A DNA stretch of 63,471 nt, counting the filler, from Choristocarpus tenellus KU-1152 (lineage: Eukaryota > Protista > Phaeophyceae), in assembly GCA_964200185.2 (NCBI GenBank). It is 13 parts of 13 records of this genome, joined end to end, with 100 filler letters (N's around TTAATTAATTAA, not from the genome) between each part and the next. Parts side by side here need not be neighbours in the genome. Positions count along the whole stretch, not along the records: positions 56,044 to 59,276 come from CAXNAD020021361.1; positions 59,377 to 63,471 come from CAXNAD020016246.1; 11 more parts are not named here. The stretch is one strand, 5' to 3'. Shown piece after piece: positions 56,181 to 63,471 of the stretch. The translations under genes and the position numbers were made by a program. Each line of letters starts with the position of its first letter. Position 1 is the stretch's first letter. The notes under the pieces are model-generated. The model saw nothing but the letters and a program-made list of their open reading frames with translations. It searched no databases and had not been told where the DNA came from.

Positions 56181-56599
56181 GTACCTAGCCCTGTTTAGAA
56201 CTCCTACTCCCTAAAAGCAAAATATTATTGACTGGATATTTTAGATTAATGATACCATTAGAGTGTTTTAACCGTAGACTTGTCCTCAAATATATTAAAT
56301 CCATTCAGAACAATATTGGCAACGTCCACACTCACCAAAATTGTATCCTCCTACGGGACAAATCAGAATGAGGAGTAGCTTCCTAGCAGAGATTATAGGT
56401 CCTATTGGAGAATCTAGGAAGAAACCACACCACAACAGGAACCTTGAGTTTGCTCAACAATCCCTCCGTCGTGGTGAATACGCAACAAAAGTATATTTTA
56501 TTAGTGATATATTAGGTAAGGAACATGCACACTGGTATACATATATTTTTCCAGATAGAACAAAGAATATAATAATATTGATGGGATAACAAAAATATA

Positions 56600-57200
56600 T
56601 CTATGGTATACTCTCCAAGGGAATGGATATCCCTTGCACTATGGAGGATGGCCGTCCATTTAGAGTGGACAAGAACCTCCGCATGGATGTGCTGTTCCAT
56701 GCTAGGCCACTATCGGATGCTGGCTCAGCTTCCTACCAGAATTTTTGCAGAGGTCTAAGCAGCCTGTCACTTGACAGACTCATCTATCATCAGCAATGGT
56801 GTAGCTGCAGCTGTTGCTGAGGCGCGAAAGCGCACCCACTACGAGGGGCAATTTCTACCCTCTGATATTTTGTAAATGTGTCCAGAAAAAAATAAAATCC
56901 AAAACTTATTCAAGGACTCCTGAAAATACAACTGTTGTTGTCAATGGTAAAACACATCACCATGATATATACCATTTAAAAACAAAGCAACAAAAATGGA
57001 TCTTCTGACCCTTGTGGTTTTATTCTCAACACCTTCGCAGTAGAAAGTTTTGAACACCGTAGTAAGCAAGCAGAGAGGTTTCTGGGTGAGTTGACCTTCC
57101 ACGCAGTAGGGGGGAGAGTGGTTGGGGGGTATTGGAGGAAAGGGGTCGTCAAGTCTCATTTGACGCAGGTAGTATCTGTCACTGCATTATTGTCTCTCTC
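56600..57200 (+). mobile_element. CRE-clade non-LTR retrotransposon, restriction-like endonuclease remnant, with AT-rich insert ~56862-57000
   Basis: EDGRPFRVDKNLRMDVLF, GVAAAVAEARKRTHY, FILNTFAVESFE...FLGEL..HAVGG follow the PD-(D/E)xK REL motif order (RMD...K..Y...AVESxG). Confidence 0.7.
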
Positions 57201-57520
57201 GAGATGCTTCATGCACCTCAAGCCAGAGACATCAGGCAGGCGGGTAAGAAGGAGCTGACAGATTTTGGGGATGATTCCCAAGGTCCTCACTCACCTTCTT
57301 TGGGCTAATCCAGACTAGAGAAGCATAACAACAGTGTACACACTATTTGTAGTGAACAATATTCAAGGGGACATTGTTGTATTGATAGTTTTCAAATAGT
57401 ACGTATTGCTGGGAGGTGTCTTAGCGTTAATAGATCTTGTCATAAAGTTTTGGTCTTGCTTTCTCACACACACCCCTCACACATTTTCAAAATATCAGAG
57501 GGATTAATAATATATATAAT

Positions 57521-57620
57521 TGTTACAGCGCTCCAGAAGCTTACCCCCGAAGGATGCATAGCTCCAATCTACAGGCCTATAGATCATAATGATGCACGTA
57601 TAGAACTCCTGACGCATAAG
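57521..57620 (+). repeat. Dispersed repeat beginning TGTTACAGC, probable LTR end; related copies ~57695-57748, 58962-59037 (+) and 59377-59478 (-)
   Basis: TGTTACAGC..CTCCAGAAGCTTA...ATAGCTCCAATCTACAG..CTATA..T...TGATGCACGTATAG.ACTCCTGA shared among copies; TG start. Confidence 0.6.
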
Positions 57621-58249
57621 TCGTCAGGTATGTTGGATCTCTCACTTGGATTATCATCAATATCATCGTGAAAAAAGTCTTGGTAGGACCTCCATGTTAC
57701 AGCAGGCTCCAGAACTCACCTCCACAGTATGTGTGACTCAAATCTAACGACCTTAAAACGACCTTATGGGGGCGTTGTCTTTGATAATATTTTTTTGGGT
57801 GTCTGGTAGCCTTCTCTCAATACTCCACTCATTACGTAGCTCAAAGCTCGACTCGATGTTTCGCTCAAGATCAAGACTTTTAAGAGGGGTGATGGTTTTG
57901 ACCAAAACCCCTTTTATTATTTTCATCATCCACCCAATTTCTTTGGTCTTCTATTCAACCGCTGTGTATGTACTCCAATCATAAACCTTTATTCTGTAAC
58001 TTCTTAGGAACTTTGACGTTTCTTCTGCAATGTTACGTATGCATTACGAGTCTTACTCTGTATCTACTAGGGAATCAGCATTTATTCTGTAAGGTTACCT
58101 ATGTGCTACTAATCTCGTATACTGCTCGCGCTATTCGCCTGTAACATAATATACTTGCTAAATATGAACAAGGGCCAAAGCCTGGGTCTCCACTCAACCT
58201 CTTGAGCCAGGTAGGCGGATACCTCCCCCATAATTTTGCCTCTTGATGA

Positions 58250-58900
58250 GCCGTTCTTTGGGGGAGGTGGAGTCAATCTGCAATGATTGGGTAATGGAGA
58301 GATGTAACAGGCAAGGGGTGGAAAATTGCCCTTACATCTCACACGTAAACTCAGATAACATGAGAATCACTGTAGGTTCACATAGTTCCTGAATGGACGT
58401 CCAACTCCCCCTATAGGTTACTATGGGCCTGGACACTGGCTATGCTCACACGTGCCACTGAGCTGGTGACCAAGTACTTCTGTACTCACCTATTGTCCGG
58501 CAACTATGCAACATCTGTAGGCAACTGGGTGTCCCCTGTACCTTGGAGGACAGCTGCCCCTTTCTTCACCATTAATCGCAATTTCTGTATGGATGTGGTC
58601 TTCCATCCAGGAGTTCCCTCCAATACAGCTAATGTCCCTTACATGGAAAAGGAACTACCCCTAGATGTGACACTCGCTGAAGTACAAGGGGACTGCGACC
58701 TCCTAACTCATCAACTCACAATTTCATTGTTGCTGCTGCAGCAGAGGCCCGTAAGTACAACCGACACGAGAGATCTTTTGACCCTCATAGTTTTAACCTC
58801 GACACCTCTGCAGAAGAGAACTTCAGGCGTCTTGGTACACAGCCATGAACTAGTGATATGTTGGGGAAGGTAGGGGGACGGAGGGTTTCAGCAAAAAGGG
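58250..58900 (+). mobile_element. CRE-clade non-LTR retrotransposon REL remnant, second copy
   Basis: LGVPCTLEDSCP/FFTINRNFCMDVVFHPG...LPLDVTLAEVQG and AAAAEARKY...SFDPHSFNLDTSAEENFRRLG, with frameshifts. Confidence 0.7.
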
Positions 58901-59074
58901 GGCTGTTAGATCGTAGTTAAGGCGGGTTATTTAGACACTGTTACGAAACGCCCCATAGCATAACTCCATAGAATGTGTACCTCCAGTCAACAAGCCTATA
59001 GATGGCGCTGATGCACGTACAGGATGCCTGAGGTATACCGATAACCTGATGATCGGCGAGAATGGTAGGTATCA

Positions 59075-59208
59075 GAGTGAAAGTATCTTAGAGGGTGCGA
59101 GTTTTGCCCTGTTTGTCCATTTGGGGGTTGGCTTCCCATGGGTTCTTTGATGAGAATTTCCTACTCCAAAATGTTTAGGAGTAAGTAAAGTGTGTATGTT
59201 ACGAAAAG
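59075..59208 (-). mobile_element. MITE family 1, half copy, reverse orientation
   Basis: GAGTGAAAGTATCTTAGAGGGTGCGAGTTTTGCCCTGTTTGTCCATTTGG. Confidence 0.85.
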
Positions 59209-59478
59209 AACAGCCGATTTCAAAAATTGAGGATGGAGCTTTTCATTGAGGATGGGCTTGACCCAAAATTGACCGGNNNNNNNNNNNNNNNNNNNNNNNN
59301 NNNNNNNNNNNNNNNNNNNNTTAATTAATTAANNNNNNNNNNNNNNNNNNNNNNNNNNNNNNNNNNNNNNNNNNNNCTTGTGCATCAGGAGTCCTATACG
59401 TGCATCAGCATCATGTATAGGGCTGTAGATTGGAGCTATACATCCTGTGGAGTTAAGCTTCTGGAGCATGCTGTAACA

Positions 59479-59633
59479 TCTCCTGTGTGGGTAATACGTG
59501 AGCTCCAAGCCTTGGATAAACAAATAGATTATGCGAATTTATACCAGCCTGTGCTCTCTCCTGTGGGAGTAATACCTGAGCTCCAAGCCTTGGATAGACA
59601 AATAGATTATGCGAATCTATATCAGCCTGTGCT
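59479..59633. repeat. Near-identical tandem duplication, ~78-bp unit x2
   Basis: TCTCCTGTG..GTAATAC.TGAGCTCCAAGCCTTGGATA.ACAAATAGATTATGCGAAT.TATA.CAGCCTGTGCT twice. Confidence 0.9.
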
Positions 59634-59722
59634 TGATCTACCTCAGCTCACGCTAGCTCGCTCTTGATTTGAAACAAAGAACATGAGAGAGAAAGGGTCA
59701 TTGACCAACACAACCATTCAAT

Positions 59723-59980
59723 GAGCAAAATTATCTTAGAGGGTAGTGCCGTGTCCATTTGGGGGTCAAAATCCAATGTTGTGATTTTGATGTAATTTTA
59801 CCTATCGTTTTTGTTAGGAAGTGTCAATATACTTGTTCCAGACACAACTTTTCATAACATACACATTTTACCTACTCCTAAACATTTTGGAGTAAGAAAA
59901 TGTCGAAAAAAACCCATGGGAAGCCAAGCACCAAAGGGACAAACAGGGCAAAACTTGTACCCTCTAAGATACCTTCACTC
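59723..59980 (+). mobile_element. MITE family 1, full copy
   Basis: GAGCAAAATTATCTTAGAGGGTA...TACCCTCTAAGATACCTTCACTC. Confidence 0.88.
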
Positions 59981-61145
59981 AAATTAGGAAGTAGCTGAAT
60001 CACCTATGTGATCTGGTTGGGGAGCTATTAAAATCACCGACACCGAAGTTTGCTTGCAACCGTTGTTGTCACCGCTTTTTTGATGAATTAGATGGACATG
60101 GGAGGTGCCTAACATAGCCCTAACCCCAACCCTAGCCCTAAATCTAGAAAGCACCTTGCTAGTCCGTCCGATTATTAAAAAAATATATGGAGAGAGTTCT
60201 GTTATTAGCATCTCCAACATAACCGATAGCCTTACCATTTTCCGATCTGGTTGCATTATTACCTGCCCCACTGACGTCCTGCCTAATGGTGGTGTGTTGT
60301 GTTAAGTAAAAATTGGATGAATAGTAACAACCTACTACTTCTGCCACCACCATGATAAAATAGTATATCGTTCATTGTATGTATTGTCTTATGGTTGTTG
60401 AGGAAGGCAGAGAGGGGTGCAGTATGCTATACAGACTACGAATAAACTTGGTACTACTACTACTACTGTAGTCTCTTTCACTTTTTCAGACACATACATT
60501 ATTTGTTTTCGAAAACCTCATCCTAACCTTTTAACTTTCTGTGAAAGAGTGAAAAAAGCATGACAACAAAAAGTGGTTCACCAAGAAGGGTGTTCCCCTG
60601 TGCACGCTACCACTTACTTATCGTGGATGGATTGTCATGATGGGCTTTCGCTCTGCCAAAATCTACATAAATTCTAAGAACTCGAATTGTGATATCCGTT
60701 TGTGGGATGATACCTGATATACCCCCACATAGCCCGAATTTTGAGGTCCCCACCTACCACATGGGAGAATATGTTGCTTCATTAGATGTTAATAGATCGA
60801 GATTATACCACGCCCGATTTAGTAACCCTGAAACAGATGGCTCAACTTCTAAGTGAACTTTGGGACTACTTGCAGTCGAGAAGTACATAGAAGGAACGCC
60901 AGGATCCTGATCTTTCCATTCCACTACTTAGCGTTAATAGATTGTGAAGGCTTCGCTGGCGATGCAAATAAACAAAACGAATTTTCGCCTCACAAGAACT
61001 TTAAAAAAACGGCGGAGAAACCAAATTTTCGTAGATACCTAGTGGTCGTTCCTTATTATTATTAATATTAATAGTGTATGTGAAGTAAATATTACATGTA
61101 ACTGTACTTACCAAAAAAAAATTCTTCTCACACCTCCTTCTTCAG

Positions 61146-62916
61146 GTTCCTATAACCCACTTGAGCCCTACACAGTAGCTCAACAATAGAGGTTGATGAC
61201 ACCAGACCTCGAAATCGATGGCATATCTCCCGTCTTCTTCTCCAAGGGACAAGTCATCGGCGCACTTGCTGAGCTGACGAAAAAACAGGACCGCGATGCA
61301 AGTTCTCCATCTAATAAGGGCGTCAACGACAGCAGACTCTCGAATGTGGCTCCCGCAATAGACAAACAATTTGCGATCATGACACGAGCAGGTTATCTTT
61401 ACTATTCCCCCTTTTGGTCCTATTGAGACAACGTAATCTCGCTTACGCTCTACTTTTGCGAGGAGAAGTTATATTTCTACTTCTGATCCGATTTGTAAGG
61501 GGCCTCAAGGCTGGTGTTTCGGATCTTCTGTCGTGTTTCAAAGAACGCTGGGGACTTCTATTCAGTGCTTGTTTAGCTGGGCAACGACGATGTTCAGATA
61601 GTATTGAGCGTGTGATTCTCGTCTGAAACTCGCCCCAATTGTGTCTTCTCTGCACATGGCATGACGGAGAAGCCATCCTGTATGCGAAAGGGCATCGAGC
61701 ATTGAGCGAGCAGCAGAGCTGCGCCATATGCACGGCTAGTCGAGGGATGGGGGGAGTCAAGCTCGAACTCGTGTGGTAGGGAGAATTAAAAAGACTCCTT
61801 TGACGGGATACTTTTCCCCCTTCATGTCCCACCTCATGCACCGCGGCGTTTCCGCCCATACCCATGTGGCGCCTAACGCTTCTTACGTGGCCCACACTTT
61901 GTTACACCCTTTTCCCTTGCCTAATGCCTGCAGCGAGGATGCATGTTTGTTGTGTGAGGAGTGCCTATCATCTGCCCAAGTCAAGCAGCTGCTAGTTACC
62001 TCAGCTCGGGACAACGGGAATGCGTGCCCCATTTGCCAGTCGAAATTATATGATGCTAATGTCCTGGGTGGGCGCAAGAACAGCACCCAAAGCACACGGA
62101 TGACAGGGTGTGTGAATGGGGACTGGGACTGAATATGTTTGTAGTCTAGGGAAAGCAAGCGTGCCCTTCCTCCCAACAGAATATCCGAGATGCGTTTCTA
62201 AACTCGGGCCAAAAGGTCAGATGACATATTGTTGGTGTATATGGTGTCATCTACTTCCTTGGCTTCATACATAGTTTGTATTCATCTACTTTTCGTAATT
62301 GTTTGGGATGCCCGTTGGTGTACTCTATTATATACTTCGGGGTAGCAAGATAGTGTGTTCCATTGCTGCCGTCTCAAGGGCCCTGTCACCCTTTTTTCTT
62401 CTACCTTTAATTCTTCGATCCATTATTCCCTTGCCTCCAACCCACCTCTTGACCCTTACTCTATTTCATCCTTCTCAATCCCTTTCAGTCCCCTGCTATT
62501 CTTTGAGTGTAACTCGGCCATTTGTTTTTATCGTCTCATTCATCCAAACATGTTAAAGTGGTGACATTTTCCTGCTCTGTTTAGTCCAAAGTATTGATTG
62601 ATATAGGAGTATTGAAATAAAGTACATTTCTTGTATGAAGAGAAGTGTAGAAAATTCCTACTGGTTTCTGGTTTGTTGGATCTAATTGTCGTTGCTTCTC
62701 CTGTCAAATCATAGAGCACCATCTATAGAGCCCTTTGGTTTCCTGGATGCAACGGGTCTTGTGCAAGACGTTCCATTCAAGGAGCATCTGCCCTGCTGGC
62801 CCCTGCCATGCTGGCCACCGCCTCAAGTGCCAGAATTCACCAACACTACAGGCTTTGAGTTCAGGATGCAGTTGTCCCAGCTTCAAAGTATCATTGCAGA
62901 CTGCCTGGGAAAGAAG
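61146..62916 (+). pseudogene. Disrupted intron-containing gene with an all-Cys RING-like finger (RING split by intron 61776-61933; further exon-like block 62715-62916)
   Basis: Spliced CAICTASRGMGGVKLELVCEDACLLCEECLSSAQVKQLLVTSARDNGNACPIC; in-frame stops at 61187-61189 (TAG) and 61624-61626 (TGA) in upstream exon-like blocks. Confidence 0.5.
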
Positions 62917-63471
62917 GTGTAGCTCATCTACAATACTGTGCATAGCACCCGTCAGGACCACTTGTGACCATGTATCAGCCCGTCTGGCCAGAAGATGCGT
63001 GCACTTGGAATCCTTTTATGCATTATGTTTTTGCGGGAAGATGTTCAAGCTTGTGTTCTTGTAGAATTAGGTTTGGTAAGGGGTGGATAGGTAGAGTTTT
63101 AGGGTGGCAATAAGTAATTGAAAGTCAGGACTTTATCTATCATATTAATATTTCTAAGCAACACCGTATCATGTAGTAGTAAAAAAAATGTTATTTGTCC
63201 AAATAATGAAAAAACAAGTATATTTATTTAGAGAGAGTGAGGGGTAGAAAATGTGGTACGAAAATGGATGATTTAAACCAATCCAGAAATATATTGTATA
63301 TTGAATGTTTTATGTCACATTGAGTCATTGAGATTAATTCATATCAATTTTCTCACACACCTTACCCCAAAGCTCACCCCACCCCCAAAGCTTGGCATCC
63401 TCTTGGCTGTGGCCTTGTTGTCCTCACAGTAGTCTTCATCTACCTTCTCCAACAAGACCCAAAGTATCTGG

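Noticed and set aside
61187-61626. Stop-codon reassignment to explain in-frame stops
   Set aside because: Conserved exons (CDK11, KDM4, PGM3) contain no internal stops and PGM3 ends normally at TAG; decay is the simpler explanation.

Overview
Eukaryotic, intron-rich, repeat-rich nuclear DNA. Gene content, CRE-type LINE remnants and scattered TTAGGG units suggest a stramenopile, probably a brown alga (inference). The window is not one locus. It is 13 short contigs (about 2.5-9.6 kb) joined by 12 identical 100-bp artificial spacers (44 N + TTAATTAATTAA + 44 N), so adjacency across spacers is not evidence of linkage. Well-supported partial spliced genes are a CDK11/CDKG-type kinase, an RRP6-like DEDDy exonuclease with HRDC domain, a CCDC174-family protein, a KDM4-type JmjC demethylase, phosphoacetylglucosamine mutase (PGM3) and a PAS/LOV-like protein lacking the photoactive Cys. 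Several phase-consistent exon chains have no recognisable product, and one disrupted gene carries an all-Cys RING. Non-coding DNA holds two related MITE families (7 and 6 copies or ends), hAT, CRE-LINE, RTE-like, Copia-like and possibly piggyBac remnants, a tRNA-derived element, minisatellites and many short interstitial telomere-like units. I cannot support a new multi-gene system. The most interesting signals are a telomere-repeat micro-insertion inside a MITE end, the shared-terminus MITE pair, and the Cys-less LOV-like protein.
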